Below, piece after piece: positions 19,876 through 31,113 of a stretch of 64,000 bases of DNA. Source of the DNA: an uncultured bacterium (GTDB taxonomy: Bacteria; Krumholzibacteriota; Krumholzibacteriia; LZORAL124-64-63); NCBI GenBank assembly GCA_963727525.1, contig CAVSGO010000005.1, positions 448,001 to 512,000 on the forward strand, in the 5' to 3' direction. Below the pieces are notes generated by a model. It did not search any database. It was not told the origin of the DNA and was given only the letters and a program-made list of their open reading frames with translations. Position 1 is the stretch's first letter. Each line of letters begins with the position of its first letter. The translations under genes and the position numbers were made by a program.

Positions 19876-20844
19876 TCAGTCTCCCTGGACCATGGCGTGG
19901 AAGTGGTCGGAAAGTGTCACCGGTTGCGGGCGCAGGCGGCGCAGCGCGTAGCCCACCGCGGCCGCCTCGGCAAGAATGGCATGCACGGCGGGCGCGGCAC
20001 CGTCGTCACCGCCGTCCTGAGCCGGCGGCAGACGGTCGAGCTCGAGCGTGACCAGCATGACGCGCCCCGACGTCTCGAGAGCGGCACCGAGCCGCCGCAG
20101 ACCGGCCTGGAACGCCTCGGCGGGGCCGAATCCCTCGACCTCGAAGACCTGCCGGCTGCCCGCGGGCCGGGCCGCCACCCCCCGGCGCGCCAGGAGTTCC
20201 CCCTGCCGCAGCACGAGGATCTCGTCGCACACCGCTTCGACATCGGCCAGCAGGTGCGTGGAGAGAATGACGCCGAGACCCTTGGCACGGGCGAGGTCAG
20301 CCACCAGCTCGAGGATGGCGGTGCGGCCGCCGGGATCCAGTCCGCTCGTGGGTTCATCGAGGAAGATCCAGCGCGGATCGTGCACGAGGGCCGTGGCGAG
20401 CTTGAGCCGCTGGCGCATGCCCTGGCTGTAGGTTTCACACTTGCGGTAGCGCTCGTCGCCCAGGCCCACGAAGTGCAGCACCTCGTGGGCGCGCTGCATG
20501 GCGTCGCGGCGCGGCAGTCCGGCTAGCTCCCCCATGTAAGCCACGAGCCCCACGCCGCTCATGCCAGGGATGATGCCGCCTCGCTCGGGCATCCAGCCGA
20601 GCCAGCGCCGGGCATGCTGCGCGGCGTGGGCCATGTCGTGCCCCAGCACGTGCACCCGCCCCGCCGGCAGGGGCACCTGGCCGAGCAGCACCCGCAGCAG
20701 GGTCGTCTTGCCCGACCCGTTCGGTCCCAGCAGGCCGACAGCGCCATGTTCGAGCGTGAACGTCACGCCACGCAGGACCGGTTCGCGTCGATACGCGAAG
20801 GTCAGATCCTGCACGCGTAGACTCGTGTCGGCGGTGTCGCTCAT
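19876..20844 (-). CDS. ABC transporter ATP-binding protein
   Basis: GPNGSGKTT, YSQGMRQR, LDEPTSGLDP, STH. Confidence 0.92.
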   Translation of the reverse strand: MSDTADTSLRVQDLTFAYRREPVLRGVTFTLEHGAVGLLGPNGSGKTTLLRVLLGQVPLPAGRVHVLGHDMAHAAQHARRWLGWMPERGGIIPGMSGVGLVAYMGELAGLPRRDAMQRAHEVLHFVGLGDERYRKCETYSQGMRQRLKLATALVHDPRWIFLDEPTSGLDPGGRTAILELVADLARAKGLGVILSTHLLADVEAVCDEILVLRQGELLARRGVAARPAGSRQVFEVEGFGPAEAFQAGLRRLGAALETSGRVMLVTLELDRLPPAQDGGDDGAAPAVHAILAEAAAVGYALRRLRPQPVTLSDHFHAMVQGD

Positions 20845-20905
20845 GCGAATCTCCTCGAATCTGATACCGAGTCGGGCGCTCTACGCGATTGGTCGAGGCC
20901 GGGTT

Positions 20906-22609
20906 TCACGCGGGCGACTCCTCGAGAAACGTGTTGTAGTCCTCGAACTCCTCCGCATGCAGGATCTCGCACACGTGCGCCGGCGTGTCGGCATGGAAAA
21001 CCAGCGACCGGATTCCCGGATCCGACCCGATCGAGCGTGCCAGTGCCGCCTGCACCTGCACATGCCGCTGCCGCTCCTGCGGGGGGATCACCAGCAGGAC
21101 GATGCAGTGCACCGGCTGCCCGTCGGGTGTCGGAAGATCCAGACCCGATTCGCTCACGGCCATGACACCGCACAGCCGGGTCACGCCCTCGATCTCGGCG
21201 TGCGGCACGAATAGTCCCCGGCCGATGCAGGTGGACATGGCCTCCTCGCGCGCGCGGACATCGGCCAGCACCGTGTCGCGGCTCACCCCGCCGAGCTGGT
21301 GCGAGCGCATGAGCAGATCGACGAGGGCCGTGACGGCCGTGTCCTTGTCGGCGGCCTCGAAGCCGGTGACGATGTTCTCCTCGTGCAGGAAGTCGATGAG
21401 CCGTGGCCTGTCCTTGCCGAGATCGCCGGAGTGGGCGAGGGCGATGCGGGTGGTCACCGGTCCGACGAGCTCGTTGATGGCCACCGAGGTCACGCCGACG
21501 GCCAGGAACAGCTCACCCACCGCGGCGAATTGCGGACTCTCGCGCAGCTTGAGCAGCAGCCCGACGGCCACGCCCGCCTGCGGGATGAGGGCCAGCCCGA
21601 GGTACCGCCGCAGCGCAAACGTGGCGCCGGACACCCGCATGCCGAGCCAGCCCGCCAAGACCTTTCCCGCGATCCGCGCGACCACGACGACCGCCACCAG
21701 GACCCCCGCCGGCGCCAGGTAGTGCAGATCGAGCTCGAGCCCCGCCAGGATGAAGAAGGTGGCCAGGATCGCGGGCTCGAAATTCGCGAACACGCGATGC
21801 CCGATCTCCTCCTTCGCCGGTGCGAGGTTCGCGATGGTGGCGCCGAGGCTGAGACAGGCCAGCAGGGGGGAGAAGCCGACGCTGTCCGCCGCCCCCACGG
21901 TGAGGAAAATGGACACGAGCGAACCGGTCGTGAGCCGGTCGAGCTGCACGACGTGCCGTGTCGCGAAGACAAGCACCGCGCCGATCCCGGCGCCCAGCAG
22001 CACCGCGCCGCCGAGCTGGATGACCGGCGAGAGCACCAGGGTCAACGGCGTGGCCAAGCCGAGCTTCTCGCTGACGCTCACCACCGCGAGCGCGACCTCG
22101 AAGAGCGCGATGCAGGCGATGTTGTTGAGTGCCACCCCCATCAGGAGCGTGGACACGAAGACGCCCCGGCTCCGCGTCTCGTTGATGATCGCCACGACAG
22201 TGGCCGGCGCCGTGGACACGGCGAGGGCGCCGATCAGCAATCCGAACGACCAAGACACGTCGCCGGCGATCCTCACCGCGAAGATCACGGCCAGGGGCAC
22301 GATGATGCATTCCGCCGCGAGCAGCCAGCGCAGGCGCCGCCCCGCGGTGCCCAGGCGGTGCAGGTGCAGATGGCTCCCCACCGCGACGGCAATGAGCCCC
22401 AGAGCGAAGTGCACGACGGGCCGTAAATTCTCGCCGACATCATGGGACAGCCAGCCCAGCGCCGATGGCCCCAGCGCGACCCCTGCGAGGATCTGCCCCG
22501 TCACCGACGGAAGGCGAAGTCGCTGCGCGAGTTGGCCCGCGAGCAACCCCACGGCGACGATCACGGCCAGCGCGAACAAGCTGTTGTCCCAGAACGACAC
22601 GGCAGCCAC
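20906..22609 (-). CDS. Cation:proton antiporter fused to a C-terminal PTS EIIA domain
   Basis: About 12 transmembrane segments (LPSVTGQILAG, STAPAT, PQAGVAVGL) followed by REEAMSTCIGRGLFVPHA. Probable GTG start at 22609. Confidence 0.88.
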   Translation of the reverse strand: MAAVSFWDNSLFALAVIVAVGLLAGQLAQRLRLPSVTGQILAGVALGPSALGWLSHDVGENLRPVVHFALGLIAVAVGSHLHLHRLGTAGRRLRWLLAAECIIVPLAVIFAVRIAGDVSWSFGLLIGALAVSTAPATVVAIINETRSRGVFVSTLLMGVALNNIACIALFEVALAVVSVSEKLGLATPLTLVLSPVIQLGGAVLLGAGIGAVLVFATRHVVQLDRLTTGSLVSIFLTVGAADSVGFSPLLACLSLGATIANLAPAKEEIGHRVFANFEPAILATFFILAGLELDLHYLAPAGVLVAVVVVARIAGKVLAGWLGMRVSGATFALRRYLGLALIPQAGVAVGLLLKLRESPQFAAVGELFLAVGVTSVAINELVGPVTTRIALAHSGDLGKDRPRLIDFLHEENIVTGFEAADKDTAVTALVDLLMRSHQLGGVSRDTVLADVRAREEAMSTCIGRGLFVPHAEIEGVTRLCGVMAVSESGLDLPTPDGQPVHCIVLLVIPPQERQRHVQVQAALARSIGSDPGIRSLVFHADTPAHVCEILHAEEFEDYNTFLEESPA

Positions 22610-22813
22610 GGTGCGGATCCTTCCCTCGGGTCTCGTCCTCGTCGATGGGCCTGGCTGTGACCGGCACCCGGAGCGTTCTGAAAACATGGTGGCGCAAGAT
22701 CGGGAATTGAGATATCTCGAATACCATATTATGCTCTTTTCAGTGTTTCAGCCGCGCTTCCCGCGCACCACGCGCGCTTCGGGGTGTCCCATGACACCCT
22801 GGAAAGGTGGCTC

Positions 22814-23179
22814 ATGGCCCGAGTGCTAGTCATAGAAGACGACCCCGAGGTGAGGACCTACCTCGTCGCCGTGCTCACGCGCGCCGGTCACGAGGTCCTG
22901 GAAGCCGGCAACGGCAAGGATGGCGTGCAGGTGTTCAACGATGAGCCCTGCGAGGTGGTGATCACCGACATCATCATGCCGGAGAAGGACGGTATCGAGA
23001 CCATCCTCGACTTACGTCGGGATCACCCCAACCTCAAGGTCATCGCCATCAGCGGCGGCGGTCGATCCACGCCCGACAACTACTTGCACTCGGCGAAGCT
23101 CCTCGGCGCCGATCGCGCCATCCGCAAACCGTTCACGAACGAGGAGATCCTCTCGGCTGTCGCCGAGTTGACACCGTGA
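22814..23179 (+). CDS. Single-domain response regulator (CheY-like receiver)
   Basis: VLVIEDD, ITDIIMPEKDG, AISGG, KPF. Confidence 0.92.
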   Translation: MARVLVIEDDPEVRTYLVAVLTRAGHEVLEAGNGKDGVQVFNDEPCEVVITDIIMPEKDGIETILDLRRDHPNLKVIAISGGGRSTPDNYLHSAKLLGADRAIRKPFTNEEILSAVAELTP

Positions 23180-23934
23180 CGGGTACCCGGCGCAATCCTA
23201 CCGAACGCGGGCTTCTGGCCGACCTCGCCCCACTGTTCGCGCTCCCACCACGGCAACGCGTCGTCCTGGTCGAGGAACTCGCGTCCTTTCTCACACCGCG
23301 GCGCCTCGCCAGGATCGACGCCGTGCTGGCGAACCGCACCCGCCATGTCACCATGGTGTGCGAGGACGTGTATCACCCGCACAACGCCAGTGCCGTCCTG
23401 CGCACCTGCGAGTGCTTCGGCGTCCAGGACGTGCATGTGGTCGAGGGTCTGCACCGCTTCCGCCCGAGCACGGACGTGGTGCGCGGAGCCGCGCGCTGGC
23501 TCACCATCCAGCGCTGGCGCCACCGCGAGGGTGACGACATCAGCACCTGCCTCGCGTCGTTGAAGGCACGGGGATACCGCATCGCCGCCACCGCCCCGGG
23601 CCATTCGGGAGAGACGATCGCCGATCTCGATCTCGCGAAACCAGTGGCGCTGTGCTTCGGCACCGAGGAGACCGGACTCAGTCCCGCCCTCCAGGAGCTG
23701 GCAGATGTCAGCATCTCTGTACCCATGCACGGCTTCACCCAGAGTCTGAATGTCTCAGTGACCGCGGCGCTCTGCCTCTGGGATCTCACGTCGAGGCTGC
23801 GGCGATCCAGCGTCGACTGGCCGCTGTCGGCCGAGGCCCGCGACGATCTTCGTCTCGCCTGGCTCGCGACGGAGAGTCCGCGCGCCCGCGCCCACGTGGC
23901 GACACTCCTCGCGCCGCGGACAGACGCCGGTTGA
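23176..23934 (+). CDS. trmH: SpoU/TrmH family tRNA 2'-O-methyltransferase
   Basis: HNASAVLRTCECFG, FGTEETG, VPMHGFTQSLNVSV. Confidence 0.88.
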   Translation: MTGTRRNPTERGLLADLAPLFALPPRQRVVLVEELASFLTPRRLARIDAVLANRTRHVTMVCEDVYHPHNASAVLRTCECFGVQDVHVVEGLHRFRPSTDVVRGAARWLTIQRWRHREGDDISTCLASLKARGYRIAATAPGHSGETIADLDLAKPVALCFGTEETGLSPALQELADVSISVPMHGFTQSLNVSVTAALCLWDLTSRLRRSSVDWPLSAEARDDLRLAWLATESPRARAHVATLLAPRTDAG

Positions 23935-23956
23935 CGGCCAATAAAAAGTCCCTGAT

Positions 23957-23980
23957 TTGATCCGATCAACGTGTTATGAT
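23957..23980 (+). promoter_or_regulatory. Palindromic operator-like site plus extended -10 upstream of rpfF
   Basis: TTGATC-C-GATCAA palindrome (23957-23969) followed by TGtTATGAT (23972-23980). Confidence 0.5.
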
Positions 23981-24059
23981 TGAGGTGACATTCGTGTCGG
24001 CTCGTGGGGATGCTGGCCGCGCAACTGGATGAGAGCACCTTCGCTGGGGGGGCCGGCGC

Positions 24060-24959
24060 ATGTTCCTCAGACCCGACGGAATGCCAATCGCGGGCGATTA
24101 CGATCAGTTGCAGCTCCAATACGACGGCCAGCGGCGGGCGTTGTGGTATATCCTCGACCCCCATCACCGCCCGTGTTTCAACGGCGGCCTGCTGCGCGAA
24201 CTGCGCAGCTTCCAGGACGACCTCGTTCGCGCCAATGAAACCGCGATGGCGATGGGAGAAATCCCACCGGTACGCTATACGATCCTCGCGAGCGCGGTGC
24301 CGGGCGTGTTCAACCTCGGTGGCGATCTCGAGCTCTTCGCGAAACTGATCCGCGCTCAGGATCGCAGCGGCTTGCTCCGCTATGCGACCGCCTGCATCGA
24401 CGTGCTGTATCCCAACGCCGTCGGCTACCATCAGCCGGTGACGACGGTGACCCTGGTCCAGGGGGATGCCCTGGCCGGCGGATTCGAGGCAGCCATCTCC
24501 AGCAACATCGTCATCGCCGAGCGCAGTGCCCGTTTCGGGCTGCCTGAGGTGCTTTTCAACCTCATTCCCGGCATGGGCGCCTACAGCTTCCTGGTGCGCC
24601 GAGTGAGCCCGGACGTGGCCCGCGAGCTCATCATGAGCGGCAAGGTCCTCACCGCCGACGAGATGATGGATCTGCACCTCGTCGACCTCGTCGTGAACGA
24701 CGGTGAGGGCGTCGACGCCGTGAACGACTATCTGGCGCGCTTCCACAAGCGCGCCAACGCCCATGCCGCCCTGGAACGCGTCCGCCAGCTCGTCGATCCC
24801 GTGACCTACGAGGAACTTATCGCGATTACCAGGATCTGGGTCGATGCCGCGCTGAAGCTCTCCGAGCGGGATCTGAAGATGATTGCTCGGATCGTCCAGG
24901 CGCAGGATCGGGCCCTGGCGCGGCAGAACCGCCTCGAGGCGATGGAAGCCGCCGAATAG
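24060..24959 (+). CDS. rpfF: DSF synthase-like crotonase/enoyl-CoA hydratase
   Basis: RPCFN, VFNLGGDLELF, LLRYATACID, LVQGDALAGGFEAA, FGLPEVLFNLIPGMGAYSFL, WVDAALKL: characteristic RpfF motifs with both catalytic Glu retained. Confidence 0.85.
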   Translation: MFLRPDGMPIAGDYDQLQLQYDGQRRALWYILDPHHRPCFNGGLLRELRSFQDDLVRANETAMAMGEIPPVRYTILASAVPGVFNLGGDLELFAKLIRAQDRSGLLRYATACIDVLYPNAVGYHQPVTTVTLVQGDALAGGFEAAISSNIVIAERSARFGLPEVLFNLIPGMGAYSFLVRRVSPDVARELIMSGKVLTADEMMDLHLVDLVVNDGEGVDAVNDYLARFHKRANAHAALERVRQLVDPVTYEELIAITRIWVDAALKLSERDLKMIARIVQAQDRALARQNRLEAMEAAE

Positions 24960-25111
24960 GGCGCACCCACGCAGCCATGACGGCGGCCGGCGGCGCGACG
25001 CTGCCGGCCGCCGTCGTTTTCCCGCGTATGGACCTTCAGTCCCGCGAATTCCGGCCGAAATGTGTCGACGACCACCCGTGGTCTCGACCCCAAACCCCGA
25101 GGACGGCCACC

Positions 25112-26839
25112 GTGCCCTGGACGCCGGTCACCGCGATCGACGAGGAACGCTCGCAGAGTCGAGCCAGGCTGGCGATCTGCCTGGTGTCCCTGCTCGGATT
25201 CTACATCATCGTCAAGTCGCACCACCTGGTCGACGGGCACACGACCATCGTCGGATTCGCGACCATCCTCGGCTACCTCACCTTCGCGCTCGCCTGGCAT
25301 GCGATCATCGCCCGGTTTCCGAATCGATGCCTGTGGCGTCGGTATGTCGGCATGTTCGCGGACCTCGGCATCATGGTGTACTGGATGCACCTGGGTGACG
25401 AGTACGTCACGTCGTACTACCCGATCTTCCTCTGGGTGATCATCGGCAACGGCATTCGGTTCGGGCCGCGCTACTTGAAGATGGGCATCGCGATGGGGAC
25501 CACGGGGTTCACCGTGCTCCTCGCCCGCGATTCGTACTGGGCGCAGAATCAGGCGCTGGGCGTGGGGTTGCTCATCGGCGTGATCGTGCTGCCGGTCTTC
25601 TTCCTGACCGTGCTGAAGCGTCTGCAGGCCGTGTCGCGCCTCGAGGTCGAGCTGGCGAAATCACGGCTGGCCGACAAGGCCAAGGATGAATTCCTGGCCA
25701 CGATGAGCCACGAGCTGCGCACGCCGATGAACGGCGTGCTCGGCATGGCCGAGCTGCTGAAGGACTCCGTCCTCGACCGGCAACAGCGCGAACAGGTCGA
25801 CGTCATCACCCGTTCGGTCGATTCGTTGCTGAACATCATCAATGACATCCTCGACTACTCGAAGATCTCTGCGAATCGGCTCACCCTCGAGGCGATCCCC
25901 TTCAACCTGGAGCGTGTGCTCGCCGACGTATACCGGCTGCTCGCGACGACGGCGGAAGCGCAGGGGATCTCGCTGCACTTCGAGTACCCGGACGTCGAGC
26001 TGCGCGGGTTCCTGGGCGATCCGACACGCGTGCGGCAGATCGCACTCAACCTGGTCGGCAATGCCATCAAGTTCACGCCCGCCGGAGGCGTGCGGCTCCG
26101 CTGCCGCGTGGTGCCCGACCGCAGCCGCGGCAACGTGATCATGGAGGTCGCCGACACGGGCATCGGGATACCCGCGAACCGGCACGAGGCGATCTTCGAC
26201 GTCTTCGAGCAAGTGGACAACTCGGTGACGCGCCAGCATGGCGGCTCCGGACTCGGACTCGCGATCAGCCAACAGCTCGCCCAGATGATGGGCGGCGAGA
26301 TCACGGTGCGTTCGGAAGTCGGCGCGGGTTCGACGTTCACGGTGAGCCTCTCGCTGCCGCCCGCCGAGATGCCGATGGCGAAATCGGAGCCGGCCACGCG
26401 CGACCTCCCCCGCTTCAAGCTGCGGGCCCTCGTCGTGGAGGACAACCCATTCAATCAGATGGTGACGAAGCAGACGCTGCTGAAGCTCGGCATCGCGTCC
26501 AAGGTGGCAGAGAACGGCGCCGTCGCGCTGGAGATGATCGATGCGGCCGACTATGACATCGTATTCATGGACATCCGGATGCCGGTGATGGATGGATACG
26601 AGGCGAGTCGCCGGATCCGCGCGCGCGGGGATGCCAGGGCCGGGATTCCCATCATCGCCATCACGGCCGAGGCGACGTCGCAGGCCCAGGAGCAATGCCT
26701 GGCCGCGGGCATGACCGACTACCTCGCGAAGCCGCTGCGGATGGACCGCATGGCCGCGGCCATCGCCGCCCGTTTCGAGCCCGTAGCCGAGGCCACGCCC
26801 CGCGAGGCGCACGATAGCGGGCAACCCGTGAACGTGTAG
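25112..26839 (+). CDS. rpfC: RpfC-like hybrid sensor histidine kinase (TM sensor-HisKA-HATPase-REC)
   Basis: N-terminal E-x-x-Q-x-x-x-R, RRYVGMFADLG, FLWVIIGNGIRFG (RpfC sensor-like); MSHELRTPMNG; N/G1/F/G2 boxes; receiver FMDIRMP. GTG start with GAGGA ribosome binding site; the ORF opens at 24977. Confidence 0.8.
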   Translation: MPWTPVTAIDEERSQSRARLAICLVSLLGFYIIVKSHHLVDGHTTIVGFATILGYLTFALAWHAIIARFPNRCLWRRYVGMFADLGIMVYWMHLGDEYVTSYYPIFLWVIIGNGIRFGPRYLKMGIAMGTTGFTVLLARDSYWAQNQALGVGLLIGVIVLPVFFLTVLKRLQAVSRLEVELAKSRLADKAKDEFLATMSHELRTPMNGVLGMAELLKDSVLDRQQREQVDVITRSVDSLLNIINDILDYSKISANRLTLEAIPFNLERVLADVYRLLATTAEAQGISLHFEYPDVELRGFLGDPTRVRQIALNLVGNAIKFTPAGGVRLRCRVVPDRSRGNVIMEVADTGIGIPANRHEAIFDVFEQVDNSVTRQHGGSGLGLAISQQLAQMMGGEITVRSEVGAGSTFTVSLSLPPAEMPMAKSEPATRDLPRFKLRALVVEDNPFNQMVTKQTLLKLGIASKVAENGAVALEMIDAADYDIVFMDIRMPVMDGYEASRRIRARGDARAGIPIIAITAEATSQAQEQCLAAGMTDYLAKPLRMDRMAAAIAARFEPVAEATPREAHDSGQPVNV

Positions 26840-26873
26840 CCGCCGCAGTAGCGATAGCATGAATAAGGTGGGT

Positions 26874-28838
<1,965 letters not shown>

Positions 28839-28848
28839 GGGCCGCCCC

Positions 28849-30129
28849 TCAATCGCGAACCGGCAGCACCGTACCGGCCACCTGCCCGAATCCAATGCGC
28901 ACACCGCGCCCCTCGCAGTGTCCGGCCATGATCACGCGATCGCCGTCCTGCAGGAAGCGGCGCTCGTTGCCGTCGGCAAGGCGCAGGGGCTCGGCACCGC
29001 GCCATGTCAATTCCAGCAGGCTGCCGAAGCTGCCCTTGTCCGGTCCGCTGATCGTGCCCGATGCCATCAGGTCGCCAGGCCGCACGTTGCAGCCGGTGAT
29101 CGTGTGGTGGGCGAGCTGCTGCTGCACGGTCCAGTAGAGGTACCTCGCATTGCTGCGGCAGATCGTCTGCGGCGCAACATCCGGAGCCTGCAGCGCCACC
29201 GTGAGCGCGATGTCGAAACCGGTGTTCGCCGGGGAGCGCAGGTACGGCAGCGGTTGCGGATCCTGCGCCGGCGGCGGACACCTGAAGGGCTGCAGGGCCT
29301 CCCAGGGCACGATCCAGGGCGAGATGGACGTGGCGAAATTCTTGGCGGTGAAAGGGCCGAGCGGCTGGTATTCCCACTTCTGGATGTCCCGCGCCGACCA
29401 GTCGTTCACCAGCACCATGCCGAAGATGGCGTCGTCCGCAGCGTCTGCCGGAATCGGTTCGCCCATCGCGTTGCCGGGGCCAGCCGTGAAGAACCCCAGC
29501 TCCAGCTCGAAGTCGAGCAGCCGGCAAGGGCCGAACGTGGGCGCCGTGGCATCGGCGGCGACCGTCTGCCCAAGCGGTCGGCGTACCGGCGTGCCATCGA
29601 CCACGATGGAACTCGCGCGGCCATGGTATCCCACCGGCAGGTGCAGCCAGTTGGGCATGAGCGCGTTGTCCTTGCCACGGAACATGATCCCAACGTTGGT
29701 CGCGTGCTCGCGCGACGAATAGAAATCGGTGTAGTCGCCGATGCGTGCGGGCAGGTGCATCGCGATGTCCGCGCAGGGCCAGAGCGCACGCTCGCACAGA
29801 CCGGTGTCACTGCGCAGCGCGGGGGTGCGCAGGTCGAGCAACTCGCTGATGCGGGCACGCGTGGCGCGCCGTACGCCGGCCGGCAGGGCCATGAATGCGT
29901 TGAGCGCATCTTGCGCGAAGACGCCGGCCGGTAGTTCCGCCACATCGAGCAGCCCCGCGTCCTGCAGCATGGCCAGGTCGAGCGCGTGGTCGCCGATGCG
30001 AACGCCGCATCGTGCGCCGCCACCGCTTCGCGGCGTGAAGACGCCCCACGGCAGGTTCTGGATCGGGAAGTCGGACCCGGCCGGCACCGGGACGAACGAG
30101 GCGAGATCGGGCGCAGTGGTCGCATCCAT
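28849..30129 (-). CDS. fahA: Fumarylacetoacetase
   Basis: DFPIQNLP, GDYTDFYSSREHATNVG, LDFELE, NDWSARDIQKWEY, SGTISG. Confidence 0.95.
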   Translation of the reverse strand: MDATTAPDLASFVPVPAGSDFPIQNLPWGVFTPRSGGGARCGVRIGDHALDLAMLQDAGLLDVAELPAGVFAQDALNAFMALPAGVRRATRARISELLDLRTPALRSDTGLCERALWPCADIAMHLPARIGDYTDFYSSREHATNVGIMFRGKDNALMPNWLHLPVGYHGRASSIVVDGTPVRRPLGQTVAADATAPTFGPCRLLDFELELGFFTAGPGNAMGEPIPADAADDAIFGMVLVNDWSARDIQKWEYQPLGPFTAKNFATSISPWIVPWEALQPFRCPPPAQDPQPLPYLRSPANTGFDIALTVALQAPDVAPQTICRSNARYLYWTVQQQLAHHTITGCNVRPGDLMASGTISGPDKGSFGSLLELTWRGAEPLRLADGNERRFLQDGDRVIMAGHCEGRGVRIGFGQVAGTVLPVRD

Positions 30130-30160
30130 CGGGTATCGCTCCTGGACAGTCGCTTGCAGG

Positions 30161-31102
30161 TCAGGTGTCGCCGCGGTCAAGCATACCGAGGTCGCGGAGA
30201 TCGTCGCGCGGCTCGATGAACGAGCAGCTACCGAATCCGGCGAAGCGGGTCCGGCGCCAGAGCTGGATCGCGTCGATCGGCACGACCTGATCGTGCCAGC
30301 GGAACCCCGCGGCGTCGAGGCCGAACGCCTGCGCCGCCGTCTCGGTGACGATCGGCACGAGCGCGTCGGCAGCCATATCGTGCGCCTGGGCCAGCAATCC
30401 GGCACCGACGACGTTGAGAAACCCGTGCATGGGCGCGTCGCCGACGTGCGCCATGCCGCGTACGGGGTGGTGGAGGCCGGCCGTGCATTTCAATGGTACA
30501 GACAGAGCGTGCGCCTGCGCCACGACATGGGCGACGCGCGCCACCGGCGGGATCGCCGCGGGCGTCACGCCACCGCAGCGGAGCTTGTAGCCGAGCCGCG
30601 GTCCATCATCGCCTCCGGGGTGCTCGGCGAGCACCTGGAGCAGCGCCCTGTCGGTGTCCGCGGTCGGCAATGAGGTCGGCGAAGACGCCACCGCCTCGCA
30701 CCAGAGCGCGCAGCGCCCGAGTCCGGCGTCGCTCACGCATGCGACAACGTCGCGCAGCGCGCGCCACGATCCGTCGCCAGCCTCGGCGACCTTCGTCTCG
30801 AGGGCCTCCACACGCACGTCCGGATGGCTGGCGACGAAGGCCGCGACAACCGGGATGTCGCCGGGTGCCGCAAGGACGGAGAGCCGCCAGGCGGCCTGAC
30901 CAGGCGGCGGCGACGTCAGCCACGGTTCCAGCTCCGCCAGCCGGGCAGCAGGGATGATGAAGCGGGCCAGCATGCCGGCCGCCGGATCGGCGCGGTGGTC
31001 GAGATAGGTGCCCACCGCCTGCGGCAGCGACAGGCTGGCGGGAGGAAAGAGTCCGGCGTAATCGATCAGATCGGCGAGGAGAGCGGCCTGAGCGGCGGTC
31101 AA
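30161..31102 (-). CDS. Conserved hypothetical protein within the tyrosine catabolic operon
   Basis: LIDYAGLFPPA, KLRCGG, KCTAGLHHPVR, HGFLNV, FGSCSFIEP; probable TTG start; lies between hmgA and fahA. Confidence 0.8.
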   Translation of the reverse strand: MTAAQAALLADLIDYAGLFPPASLSLPQAVGTYLDHRADPAAGMLARFIIPAARLAELEPWLTSPPPGQAAWRLSVLAAPGDIPVVAAFVASHPDVRVEALETKVAEAGDGSWRALRDVVACVSDAGLGRCALWCEAVASSPTSLPTADTDRALLQVLAEHPGGDDGPRLGYKLRCGGVTPAAIPPVARVAHVVAQAHALSVPLKCTAGLHHPVRGMAHVGDAPMHGFLNVVGAGLLAQAHDMAADALVPIVTETAAQAFGLDAAGFRWHDQVVPIDAIQLWRRTRFAGFGSCSFIEPRDDLRDLGMLDRGDT

Positions 31103-31113
31103 ATCGACGCCCC

